Source: Hyaloraphidium curvatum SAG 235-1 (Eukaryota; Fungi; Monoblepharomycota). From it: a DNA stretch of 64,000 bases. The stretch lies in assembly GCA_025558095.1 (NCBI GenBank), contig JAIVFI010000002.1:992001-1056000 (forward strand). Reading direction: 5' to 3'. The translations under genes and the position numbers were made by a program. This document shows positions 20,458 through 31,886 of the stretch, piece by piece (the first letter of the stretch is position 1; each line of letters starts with the position of its first letter). The notes beneath the pieces were generated by a model. It searched no databases and was not told the DNA's origin. It saw only the letters and a list, made by a program, of their open reading frames with translations.

Positions 20458-23400
20458 ATGTCCGCCGCCTCTCCCACCCCAATACAGTTGCCGGAGGAGC
20501 GGATAGGAGACCTGGAGGCAGAGGTCGCCCGTCTCAAAAAGCAACTCGCTCGGACACTTGTGATGCTGGAGGAAGCCCGTGCCGCGATGAAGGCAAACAA
20601 CGACCGCGCGGCAGAGCTAGTGGAAAAGGCAAAGCGGTGGGAGGACCTGGCGAAGGAAGCATCCCGCGGCCCGCGTGCAAGCAAGTCCCGTACCGTGAAA
20701 AGGCTGGACACGGAGATCGCCCGCCTTCAGGGCCGATTGCGGGTCTACGGGGTTCTGGAGAAGGACACCGGCCGTCTTGTCCAACAGCTGAATTCGGAGA
20801 ACAGACAGTATCGGCAGATGCTCGGGCTGCCGCAGATCGACGAGCCGTAAAGCAAAGCGAACCACCTGACTTCTATAGTACATTCGGACGTACAGTATTC
20901 GCCAGTTTCCACCCGAGCCCGGCTGCCTCATCGTGGTCGTCGTCCTCGTCGTCATCGTCCTCGACACCGGCTGCTGCCTGCGCACAGGGACGCTTTGTCA
21001 TCATCAAAGACCGCGTGCAGATCCTGGACGACACGGTGGTGACGGCCAACGCAGTGACCCCGAGGTTTCGGTGTACGGCAGCAACCCGGCCCAGTTCCTC
21101 GAGGAGCTGCCCGAGTTCTTCCCGGATGCGCACGAGCAATTTGTCAAGGAGTACTTTGAGCAGTTCTGCGTGCGGTGAAGCGTCGGGTGCTGGGGTTCTC
21201 GAGTGTTTCGGGCCACGCGGAGCGCGCCGGTCAATTTGGGGAGCTGTCGGCTACTCGTCGGACGTCTAAGTCGAGGTCAGGACGTCACATCGTTCCGCAA
21301 AACCCGCCCGAATTTAACCTTCGGTGCAGATTTGAAGGCAATCACCCCTCCCGGAGTGATACGAAGTTGCAATGCTGCAGTGGGTGGACTCCGCACGCCC
21401 CCAGAGAAGGCTTTGGTCAAACTCGTGGAACGCGCGGCCTCGCAACACGTGCTCGGCCAGGAGCTGGCGGAGCAGACCAAGGTGATCACGCGGGGGTCGG
21501 CGTTTGGAGCCGGGGATCTGGCGGGCTTGACAGAGACGGCGCAGAACGGCGAAACGCGTGAGTCGGAGCGGGAGTCGGGATCGGCTCGGACTCGGGGTTC
21601 GGACGACCAAGGCGGGCTCGAAGGGGTGGCCGGGGGGGGGGGGGGGGTTCCGGGGCCAGGACTAGGCTGGTTTCACCACAGGAACGGGAGGATCGCATTC
21701 TCGGTGTGCGACAACATGGCGACACATATCCACAATGGGGAGTTCCAAGTAGACCCCAAGACTTTCTTCAGGGGGGATTTGCCGAACTGGGCCAAGGTGC
21801 CCAAAAGCGGAGAACACTTTTACTTCACGAAGCTTAACGGTGATGTGAGTGGCGAGGGAGCTTGATCACGCACAAATTCCTGACGGTTGTGTTGCCCTGC
21901 AGTCCATATACGGGGGCAAGCATGTCGATGCCAGCCACAAGAAGATGGGCCCCCACAAGGAAGCTATGGAGGAGTTCGTCATCAGCCTCCTAGGCAAGCT
22001 CGTGAATGGCAAACGTCAGGGCGGTTGGTTGGATGAGGTGAAGATGTCGCCGATTGGCGGTGGTGCCGGGGGAGCATCTTATGGGTCAGCCACCATCGGC
22101 GGGGTGGACAAGCGGGGAGGTCACGAGGGCGGCAAGCTCGGGCCTCCAGCCTGGTTCCGCAGCCTAAGGCAGAAAAAGGAGATCGAGGCGGCGCGGCACA
22201 TCCTACATGGGATCAACAAGCTGATGATGGATCTCGCCGAAGACGACACCCTCGGGTACTCCAAGAAGGCACTCGCCGAGATGTTTGCCTCGCAGAAGCG
22301 GTATGGAAGCGTCATGGCGTGCGAAGGTTCGATGTGAGTCGTCCGAGCGGCAAGCTATTGCGAGAGTTGTCGGCTGATGCGCGATACCCCACCAGTTATA
22401 CATCCTTTCAACTAAACCTTGTCAACTTCTCAGTTGCAAATGACCCGGAAAAGTTCTACCACAAGAAGAGTGAAGGGCTTGAACTCCACACCGATCCGGG
22501 CAACGACTACTCCGACATTTCGGCCAAGTTGGAGCTCACCCTTATGCCCAGGGGGTTCTGCGAAGCCCGACTTTACCTTCCCGAGACCGGGATTTGCTAC
22601 CCCGGGACTCAGTTCTCATACTCGCTCTTCCGGGGCCTTGCTACCCACTTCGTTGCACCGCCCTTCCTCGTGGACCCTGCGGCCTTCAAGCAGCAGAACA
22701 CCGACGGTCCTGAGCTTCGGGAACCCAACACCGAGGATGCTTTTGGCGAGATCGGGCCTTACTGTAGGCTTTCCATAATCGCGTACCGTCATGGAAGCCC
22801 CCTTCGACAGCATAAACCCTGGTACTTCCTGGAAGTTCCGTACATGGCAAAGTGAGTAGGAACTTCGGCTCCATCATTGCATGCCTGCGCAAATTGCTTA
22901 CATGCTGCCACGACAGGCTGGGGGCCAAGGTATTTAGGAACGACGCCAAGGGTGCCGATCCGTACACGCAGCTTCTCAACGACGCTGCCCTGCGAGAACT
23001 GATCGAGCTCATGAACGGCCAGCCGGCTTCAATCGTGAAGCGAAAAGAACTGGCCTACAAGCTCGAGAAGGGCAAGATCATTCCCAAAGGCACCTCGAAG
23101 TTCCTCGTCGGCCAATCGTGCTTCAACAGCCTCCCAGCAATCGGTACCGGCTCCCACTCGGCAACCGGACTCTTGAACTGGGGTGGCAAACGGTGCGCGC
23201 TAACGCTGCGCACTGTGCGCATGAAGATGGGGTACGCCAAGGCAGCCGAGCCAAAGTACGCCACTCGGCTTATCTTACACCCCGAGCACATGGACATCAC
23301 GAAAATGACTGACAAGGAGCTCGACAAGGAGCTCGAGCGGGCAGGAGTGTGGGATGCGTATGTCACAGATGCAAGAAAAGAGCAGGTGGAGCGCACAAAG

Positions 23401-25064
23401 GCAAAGGCAGCCCGCAACAGCAGCAAGCAGAATGGTGCCCAAGCAGCCAAGAACGTTGGCAACGCAAACGGCGAGAAGCAGGATTCAGGCGACAACGAGG
23501 TCATCGAATACGATCATCATCTGGTCGCATCGTTCTCGCGTGACATCGACCGCCTCAAGGACCTGGCAACAGATGAACAGGATGCCAACGGCAACATCAT
23601 CAGAAAGAAATGGGAGCACCCTTTGACACCGGGTGGGTCTTATGGCCCGCGTCGGAGGTGATCTCGCTGACACAGAGGAGGCGATGGACGAGAAGAACCA
23701 CGAGGTGCACGCTGAGGAAGTTCGCAAGTTTCTTGGAGACAAGCCTTCCACCGATGCAATGTTGCAAAACGGCGTCAACATGGTCAACGCCGCCCGCGCC
23801 TCCAAGGGCCTCAAGCCTCAGACGGCTTCGCAGATCTGGGGTAAAGGGGAAGATACGGATGATGACTCCGAGGAAGACAACACTGCGCCCAACAAAAGCG
23901 GTGCTGCTTCGAGGAAGAAGAGGAAAGGGAAAGGGGGGAAGGGGAAAGGGAAGGGGAAGCAAGGCAATGCTTCCGATGATGATGCTCGGGATGCGTCAGA
24001 TATCGACAGCGACTATGATGTCAAGCTCGACACGTAAGGCCGTTATTGCCGAAGAATGCAGACACCTAAGTGCCCAATTTCTGCAGATCTCACCCGTGCA
24101 ATAAGGGCCTGATCCGCATGCTGCGCAGCTTGGACTCCAACGCCGATCACACGAAGTGCCGCTGCGAAACACAATTTGGGAAGCAGAAGGGCGCCAGGGT
24201 GTCTGACAAGAAGCTCAAGAACCTGAGCTCTTCCGCTATCAGCACACTGTACCCCGTGCCGCCCGACGAGGCCCAATCCAGCAACAACGACGCGATCTCC
24301 AAGGCCCTCAGCAACCTGCCTGCCGATGCACATGCCCGGAGGGATGCAGTGCGAGCGCGCCTGGAAGGCGCCGCGGTGGTGGCAGAGCACGCTCGGAACG
24401 CAAACGAAATCAGCGACCAGCATGACGATGCTCTGGGGTTCGTGCGTGGGGTCAACAATGCTTGCCGGCAGTCGATCCAAGCGGTGCAGATGTGCAGGCT
24501 TGCTCTCGACGCAACCGGACGGAGCTCCTGGTCCTCGTTCATGCGTAAAGGTCACTCTGCAACAGAAAAGGAGATTGAGGTGGAGGATTGGGTGATCAGC
24601 TGGCTGATCGCAGAAGGCTATCTGCCCGAAACTACACAAAGTGAGTGAAGCGACAGGTCTCCTCGCGCAAGATCTAGACGGTATTCGTCTTGGCAGCTGG
24701 TTGGAGCAGGCGGAGCTCGTTCCGCAAGAAGGTGAACGGGATGCTGCGGTTCCACGCACTCGCAATCGGATACGGGTACCGGATCCACCTCCTCCTGGAC
24801 AAGCATATCTTCTACACGAACCTGGAGTATATCTCGGACGAGTTCTTCGAGCAGTGGTGCAACCTTGCAATGGCAAAGCTGGAGAACGTAAGCAATGTCA
24901 AGGCGCACGAGCAGGTCAAGGAACTGCACCACCGGGTTCAGGTCAGGCTCGCTTCCATTTCGAAAAAGCTGGAGGCCAAGTGGGCGGGTGAAATGTCGCA
25001 GCGCTTTACAAATCTCTTCAGCAAGGGGCCCTATTCTAATGTACCAATTTTGGAGAGGAGTTGA
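20458..25064 (+). CDS. Multi-exon TET/JBP-type 2OG-Fe(II) dioxygenase with basic/acidic C-terminal region (5' structure uncertain)
   Basis: Core exon gives YTSFQLN...LHTDPGND (His 22487)...FRGLATH (His 22646)...RLSIIAYRH (Arg 22766). Canonical donors near 21558, 21845, 22334, 22852, 24034 and 24641 link the exons in frame. It is unresolved whether the coiled-coil ORF 20458-20850 is exon 1, and there is a frame break near 21050. Confidence 0.7.
21632..21647 (+). repeat. G16 homopolymer within a G-rich predicted intron
   Basis: Read directly; flanked by GGGG runs; lies in putative intron 21558-21665. Confidence 0.8.
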
Positions 25065-25213
25065 AGATAAACTTTCTATCGCTCAACGTTCAAGGCTCGT
25101 TGCTTTGCCATTGATCTTCGCTTCCTGCTTCTCTAACCTCCTCCATCCACCCATCCACAGGATTACCTGCGGGACGTCTCCTAGAGCCCCCTATACCCTC
25201 CAAGCAATAGACA

Positions 25214-26570
25214 TCAAAGCTTCGCGCTTCCCATTCTCTCCCAATCAACGACGATTTGGTTGTCCTGGCGCTTCACGCGGATCGACGCGACGGCGTTCCT
25301 CACAGCCTGCCAAGTAGCTGGGGCGCCATCACCGAGCGAAGCTATGAACTCCTCGACTGTTCCTCGTCCTGTTGCGCTCAATTGATCGAAGCAATCGACA
25401 ACTCTTTTAATCATGAAAAGAGCGTACGGGTAAACTCGCCGGTTGCCTTTGAAAGGCTTCTTGGGGTCCTCGGGGTTCGTGAGCCGGAAGTCGACACCGC
25501 CGATGGTCCTTTTCAGCGGCTTGCGCCGGTCCGATTCCGGCATGGCGGCAACGCTCTCGCGGACGATCCGCACGACGTCGAGAATGTGTGGCAGAAAGTC
25601 GGCGAAGATGAGGCGGAACAGGAAAAGGATCGACTCTGCGATCCGATCGTCCTCCTTGGGGATAGGGGCATACTGGAACTTGAGCTTCTGCCCGGACTTG
25701 CTCGTTGCGGGATCCGCTCCAATGATACGCCCGGGCTCCGACCTCGCCGGCACCATCCCCGAAGCCCTTTCAATCCAGTCGGCAACCGGCTGCGCCTTCA
25801 TCTTGATCATCGTCGAGGGCCACGGGTCCCGATATAGGTGAGCATAGAAGGGCCCCATCAGAGAGAAGTCGCCGAGCGATGGGACGTTGCCGAGGAGGTA
25901 CGGTGAGCCGGTGAAGTGTTTAGCGAGGGGCTCGAGAATGCAACGTTCGAAGTGAGCCTCGCACGCCTTGTCGCCGAGCGACGAGATGCCTTGGCCAAAC
26001 AGGGACGCGGCCGAGAACTGATCGCCCATCTTGGATCCGATATCGAGGTACTTTTGCACTTGTCCCGGGCCGGGGAAAGCCCCCATGAGTGCCATCCTCC
26101 CAAACTCGAAGTATATGTGGCTCCGCTCATCGCGCCGGGACCAGCGATAGTGCATGGCCCAAATTACTAGCCATTCATCCGACCATGCTTCGAGGAGGTA
26201 GTTGGCCCACGCCTTCAGCGGTTGCTGTTCGGGATCCGGTAGCAGGCGAGGTTCAGGGTGCGTCCGCTCCAGGTAATCGATGATGTCGCTTGTATCCTGA
26301 ATGACGGTCGTGTCGTCTGGGCATATGAGCACGGGAATGAACTGAACGCCCGTCCTGGGGCCGATTATGGTCTGGCGAACGGCGGGGGTCGCCTCGACTT
26401 CGACGAACGGGATCTTCTTCGCCCGTAGGTACGCGCGAGCCTTCGACGTGAAATAGGAGTTCTCAGTTCCCAGAAGCTGACGTGCAACAGGGATCGGAGT
26501 CAGGGCGCTCCAGTCGAAGGGGACAAGTTCGACCTCAACACACCTTGTACTTCCCGTCTCCGTAGGGCAT
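25214..26570 (-). CDS. Glutathione S-transferase-like protein (SYFT-type N-domain, long C-domain)
   Basis: MPYGDGKYK|LLGTENSYFTSKARAYL via intron 26477-26543; FIPVL..QDTSDIIDYLE; PYLLG..PSLGDFSLMGPFYAHLYRDP; ends in -AKL (PTS1-like). Confidence 0.85.
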
Positions 26571-26829
26571 CGTGGAACCGTCAGAGGGCTCTTTATGCCT
26601 GAGGCGCGAAGCTTAGTCCGACCGCCGTGTACCGGACGGTTGGAAGCCGGAACGAGAGTGAATCGATTTTGTCCCCCAACTTGCCGCCCGGCCGCCCGCC
26701 CGGGCCCGCCCCGCGCCCTTTCGATCTCCATCACCGAGCAAGCCGGCCCCGTTCCCGAACGGAATCGCGTTCTTCGCGAGGAGGATGTCTTCAAAATCTC
26801 ACGCAGCACCGCCTAGTACGAACGCGGCG

Positions 26830-28192
26830 ATGGGATTTGTTCGCTACTTCATCGGACCTCTCGTCCTGGTGACTCTTCTCCCGGGCGTTATCCTCCTCGT
26901 CGTTTACGCGATGAAGGAGCTGGACGGCTCTATTGTCGCGCTGGGAAGCGCGATGCTCGATTCCGGACGCCGAGGCGCCGTCCTCGATCGCATACTCTCC
27001 CCGCCTGCAACTCTGGAAGAGCTCAAGGTCCTCGCCGGGTTCTTTTTGTTCCAGCTGGCTGCGCTAAACATCTTGCCCGGGCCGATGTTTAACGGACCGA
27101 CCGCACCATCGGGACACACGCCTTCCTATAGAGACAACGGGCTCCTTCACTTCGCCATCACCTTGGGGGCCTACTACGCCGTCACGAGGCCGCTGGGGCT
27201 GTTGGAACCCGGCTGGGTCTACGACCACATCTTCGAGGTCATGCAGATTCTCAACCTGTTCGGGCTTGCTGTTTCGACCGTGCTTTACTTCAAAGGGCTG
27301 CATTACCCGAGCACAAAGGATTCGGGGACGAGCGGCTCGTTCTTCCTTGACTTTTACTGGGGCACCGAACTATATCCACGCATCGCAGGTGTGGACTTGA
27401 AACAGTTTTTGATCTGCCGCGGAGGAATGGTTCTGTGGTGCCTGTTTGCGATCGGCTTCTTGGAGAAGCAGGTGGTTCTTGCTGGTGGATGGGAACACGC
27501 GAACCGCGGGCAGCTCGTTTCGGTTGCGTTGGCCGTCATCTACATCGCAAAGTTCTTTTACTGGGAGAGATGGTACCTCCACGCGGCCGACATTGCCGTC
27601 GACCGATTTGGCTTCATGCTTGTCTGGGGAACCCTATGCTTTATGCCTCTGATCCATACGCTGCAGAATTTCTACCTCGTCACCCATCGCGGTCTCCCAC
27701 TTACGGACGCTCAATGCAATCTCATCTTTGTCGCCGGTTTGATCTGTACGTTCCTCAACTACGACTCGGACACGCAGAGGCACCGCGTCCGTTCCGCAAA
27801 TGGCGACTGCTTGGTGTGGGGACGAAAACCCGTGATCATCGTCGCGGATTACGGTGAGCTCTGCTCATGTACTGTGCGCAGAGGGGAGCTGACTCTTACC
27901 TCGCCGCAAAGTGACTGCGGACGGCAAGCGGCGCAAGAACCTGCTGCTCTGCAGCGGCTACAACGGCCTCTCGCGGCATTTCCATTACCTTCCCGACATC
28001 ATCCAATTGGTGCTGTATGCGCTGCCCGCGGGTTTCGAGCGGATCCTCCCTTGGACCTATGCGATCTACCTGACATCGCTTCTCGTGGATCGGACTTGGC
28101 GAATCGACGACAAATGCCTGGCCAAGTACGGGCAGGCGTACGAGCAGTACATGAAGCTCGTCCCATACCGATTGATCCCGTACGTTTGGTGA
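26830..28192 (+). CDS. DHCR7: 7-dehydrocholesterol reductase (ERG4/ERG24 family, DWF5/DHCR7-type)
   Basis: DFYWGTELYPRI, DLKQF..CR, KFFYWE, DIAVDRFGF, LLCSGYNGLSRHFHYLP, DDKCLAKYG; intron 27854-27911. Confidence 0.88.
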
Positions 28193-28250
28193 ACTGGTTG
28201 AGTAGGCCTAATGTAGACAAGGAGCTGATGCAGGGCCATGGCTATGGACG

Positions 28251-29390
28251 TCAGCTATTAACTTTGAAATACACGCTCCGCAGCTGATCCATGAACACCA
28301 ACGTCAACACACCGTGCGGCCCGATGCGCAGCACATGTGCGCTGTACCCTTTGCCCAAAGCGCGAACGCCTTCGGTGCGAAGGGTGCGCTTGAGGCAGTC
28401 CCAGCTGCTGGTGTAGGGGTGCGTGGGGTCTGCGTTCTGCACGCGGCTCATGATCACGTCGAACGGATTCATACCTGGAACGCAAGCCGTCAGCCGAGGA
28501 TAACGGGTGGAGGAGCGGGACCCACCAGCAGCCACCGCAAATCCCTGCACGGTGATGGATGTCGCAAGATTTCGTTGGATGGAATGTGTGTCAGCACGAC
28601 AGCCCTTCCGCCCACCATCAGCCACCCACGCACCGTAAGCAAGCTCGACGTCAAGTTGTTGGCGAGCGAGTGGTCGTCCCCGAGTCCCCAAGTTTCGAAG
28701 ACCTTCTTCAACGTCGTGTACGTTGACAACTGAATCGCAGACCCGACGGCCGTCCTCATTACGCCGACCTCCGCGCCCTTGAAGATGGCGCCGAACCCTT
28801 CTGTTCGGTAGATTTGGATAAAGGAGTGCACGAGTCCTTTCTGCACATATGGAAACTGTGTGCCGACGGGGAAAGTCGGGGAATACGATTGCATCCTGGT
28901 GAAGTACGTCAGGCCGAAAATCCGAGCTCGTCGAGACCACCAACCTGGTTTTCAGGAGAAAGAAAGGGCTCGCGACGCCGGCTCCGACCGCGCCGCAGAC
29001 CGCGCCAGAGACGAGGCTCGCAAAGTACGGCGAGAGTCCGCGTTCGAGCATGGAACGCCGCACGGGTTCGAAGAGGCCCAGCCTCGTGCCGTTCAGGAAT
29101 ATCTGGTACACGTAGGCGGCCGAGAGTCCCCGTTGGATGCCGCGAAGTCCTTCGTGCTTGTACAGCGTCCTCAGAACGCGGAACGGGTTCGGCTGTCGGT
29201 ACAGCTCGACCGATTTTGCCGGCGTCGGGTTTCCGCCTCCTCCGCCCTCTCCGAGAAGTTGGTAGCGCGTTTTAAGCATTTCGGGAACATTTGAGACAGT
29301 CACCGCCATGCAGGCGGCGGTAGCACCAATAACGAAGCCCTCCAAAGTAGAAGGCTCCTTTCGCGGCGCCTTTGCAGGTTCGGTTGCCAT
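28251..29390 (-). CDS. OAC1: Mitochondrial oxaloacetate/sulfate carrier
   Basis: GIQRGL..AYVYQIFLNGTRLG, SPFFLLKTR|MQSYS..VGTQ, NPFDVIMSR, RIGPHGVLTLVF; introns including 28896-28944. Confidence 0.88.
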   Translation of the reverse strand: MATEPAKAPRKEPSTLEGFVIGATAACMAVTVSNVPEMLKTRYQLLGEGGGGGNPTPAKSVELYRQPNPFRVLRTLYKHEGLRGIQRGLSAAYVYQIFLNGTRLGLFEPVRRSMLERGLSPYFASLVSGAVCGAVGAGVASPFFLLKTRLVVSTSSDFRPDVLHQDAIVFPDFPRRHTVSICAERTRALLYPNLPNRRVRRHLQGRGGRRNEDGRRVCDSVVNVHDVEEGLRNLGTRGRPLARQQLDVELAYGAWVADGGRKGCRADTHSIQRNLATSITVQGFAVAAGGSRSSTRYPRLTACVPGMNPFDVIMSRVQNADPTHPYTSSWDCLKRTLRTEGVRALGKGYSAHVLRIGPHGVLTLVFMDQLRSVYFKVNS

Positions 29391-29438
29391 TCTGTGCTAG
29401 CGACGCGAAAGCAGTTCGAAGATCCCGGTGCCACCCCT

Positions 29439-29552
29439 GCACCGTGCAAGTGACGCGCCTCCTAAGCCGCCCGTGAAGCAGTCGTCCGTGTCCTCGTGGC
29501 AGGTGCGGTCAAGGATCCAGAGATCCAAGCACCGGGCAAGTGACGCGTCTCC
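29439..29552. promoter_or_regulatory. Pair of 24-bp near-identical direct repeats in a divergent promoter
   Basis: GCACCGTGCAAGTGACGCGCCTCC (29439-29462) and GCACCGGGCAAGTGACGCGTCTCC (29529-29552): 2 mismatches, 90-bp period, between the OAC1 and NmrA-like starts. Regulatory role is inferred. Confidence 0.5.
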
Positions 29553-29857
29553 CCGGCCGCGCGTAAACCACTCCACGAGTCCGGGGACCACGACGCTCCA
29601 ATTGAATGCTATCAATCGATGTAGCTCTGCCGGTGTTCGCTTGCGTTGGGACACGGCGCGTTGAGAGAGCTGACGAGCCAAGACCAAGTTAAGAGACGCG
29701 ATCGTTGGCGCGCGCAAACACGGGAGCGCGGCGGCGAAGTGTCCCCCACACGCAGCCGGGCTCTCGGTGTCGCCCTACCGGGCAACGTGCACGTACCCAA
29801 ATTGCGTGGTGCACCCCGTGGTCCCGCCCGGTCTTCCCTTGCAAACCGCTTAGAGGG

Positions 29858-30926
29858 ATGGGATTCCAGCACGTCGCGATAGCCGGTGCCACGGGCGGCA
29901 ACAGCTCTGGCCTTGGAAAGTTGATCCTGGACACCCTCTTGGAGAAGAAGGCCGCCGGAGCCATCGCTTCCCTCCGCGTGCTCGGCCGAAAGCCAGCGAA
30001 CGACGCCAAGAAGGCCGAGGTCCACGCGATCGTCTCCCGCGGGATCCCATTCCACGAAGTGGACTACACGGACATGGATTCGATGGCGTCCGCGCTCAGC
30101 GGGTGCGACGTTCTGCTCTCGACCGTCGGCGGCCCAGCGATTCCGGACTTGGAAATCAACCTGATGAGGGCTGCAAAGAAGGCTGGGGTCCGGAGAGTCA
30201 TGCCGTCACAGTACACAGCTGATTTGGACGCGTTGGGCGACCAGGTGAACGCCTACCACATGTGAGATTATCTCTTCACACAGCTGTGCTTCGCACCTCT
30301 GATCGGCCACATTCAGCAAAAAGGTCGAAGTTGCAAACGCCTTGCGGACCGACCCGGAGCTCCAGGGCCTGGAATTTACTCTCATCGTGACGGGGATCTT
30401 CCTGGAAGTTGTCTTCTCGCCGATAGCTGGTTGGCTTGTCCGCAAGCCGCCGTCGTCGGAAGCGGACGAGGTTTGGGTGGTCGATCCTCCCTCCTACCGC
30501 CTCACGGGCACGGCGCGGCCGGACATTGCCAAGTTCGTCGCCGAAATCGTGTCGGACAAGGACACGGACAGGACCAAGAACGTCGCCGTCCGGTGTATCG
30601 CTTCGCAGTGGACCTACGAGGACGCGATCAAGGCGTTCGAAGCGACGACGGGTTGGTGTTGCCTTCGCGTCGCTTCTATAGCCGCAGCTCACCCTGCCTT
30701 GCCTGCAGGCCGCAAGATCCAAGTGCGAAAGATGACGCTCGACGAGGCCAACAAGGACGCCCGCTTCGAGTTCCGTTACGGAAACGGCGTGCTGTCCAAC
30801 TTTGCCACGCTGTTTGCCGAAGAGTACTATAACGTGCCGGAGCCCTGGAACGGGACGGACTTTTACGGTGCGGCGGTGAAGCCGATGTCGATGCAGGACA
30901 TGGCCGCCAAGGTCTTCGGGAGCTAA
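29858..30926 (+). CDS. NmrA/isoflavone reductase-like NAD(P)-binding protein
   Basis: VAIAGATG..LG, VDY.D..L.G.DVLLSTVG, AAKKAGVRRVMPSQY, K..V, DIAKFVA; introns near 30262-30316 and 30651-30708. Confidence 0.88.
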
Positions 30927-30962
30927 GAACATAACCTCGGTCAAATAGCGCGGACAAGTAGA

Positions 30963-31886
30963 CTACATGGTGTCGCATCTAGACTTTTTCTTGGGCGTCC
31001 GCGGCTCGTATCCCAGGAAGCGGTCCAAGTCGACGTGTGTCCGCACCAGCTTGGTCTCATCCACGCCATAAGCCATAGCAAGCTCTAGGCTCGCCAGGTT
31101 TATTCGGTGGGCAGGTTGTCGCAGATCAAATGCCCGTTGTGTGAGGTCAAAAAGTCGCTGCAGTTCTCGTTCCATCCGCTGGAGCTTCTCCCTGTGATCC
31201 CGTCCGAGGGCGGAGATGGCCGGTTCGATCCGTTTATCGAGGCGGGCCCGGATCTCTTCCATTGTCCCTTCGTCCATCTGGTCCTTGATGTAACGAACGA
31301 AGAAATCGGCGGCAACCCTGCCAAGATAGCCTCCTACGTAGGGGATAGGAATGAGCGCCTGGCCGAGGACTGTGCCAACACCAATGGCGGCGGCATCCAC
31401 GCATGCCGCGCATCCCATCTCCATGAACTGATCCGCATCAATGCCTCCCTTGATGTAGCTGGCAGCAAGGGTGAAGACGGCCTTGCCTGCACCGACAACC
31501 GCACCAGCAAATGGCGCATTTGTCTCGGCAAACTTGGACATCCCAAAAATGTCCTCCCCCGACAGGACGCCCGGCGCGCCGGCCTCCAGACCGCCAAATC
31601 CAATCTTCAAGCAATCGTCCCGGATTACGCTGACGAAGTCCTTGTCCCCGGCCTGTATCCTGTCCCACACGAACGCGGCCATCCCGACGCCCGCGCGGCC
31701 GGCAAACTCCCCGAGCGCGGCTTTGCCAGGCTTGTCGCGTAATGACCGGCCGGCTTTTCCGGAAGGCAGCTTCGCATCTGATGCCAGGCCGAGGACCGTG
31801 TTCAACTCCTCGCACGCGGCGGCCATTGCCTCGTTGGCGAAGCCCGAACCGGCCCCCTCGGCCCTACGCTTCTGCCGAGGAGCCAT
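30963..31886 (-). CDS. Intronless bacterial-type membrane protein (GQALIPIP..G glycine-zipper hairpin), partner B
   Basis: 307-aa ORF; hydrophobic hairpin AAIGVGTVLGQALIPIPYVGGYLG, helical C-terminus ending AFD..SLELA..GV......DLDRFL. The family resemblance is recalled, not searched. Confidence 0.7.
   Translation of the reverse strand: MAPRQKRRAEGAGSGFANEAMAAACEELNTVLGLASDAKLPSGKAGRSLRDKPGKAALGEFAGRAGVGMAAFVWDRIQAGDKDFVSVIRDDCLKIGFGGLEAGAPGVLSGEDIFGMSKFAETNAPFAGAVVGAGKAVFTLAASYIKGGIDADQFMEMGCAACVDAAAIGVGTVLGQALIPIPYVGGYLGRVAADFFVRYIKDQMDEGTMEEIRARLDKRIEPAISALGRDHREKLQRMERELQRLFDLTQRAFDLRQPAHRINLASLELAMAYGVDETKLVRTHVDLDRFLGYEPRTPKKKSRCDTM

Noticed and set aside
9790-25210. Intact transposon (KDZ, Plavaka, Starship or Polinton) call for the island
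   Set aside because: No transposase, recombinase, integrase, PolB or capsid motif, terminal inverted repeats or target-site duplication were recognised.
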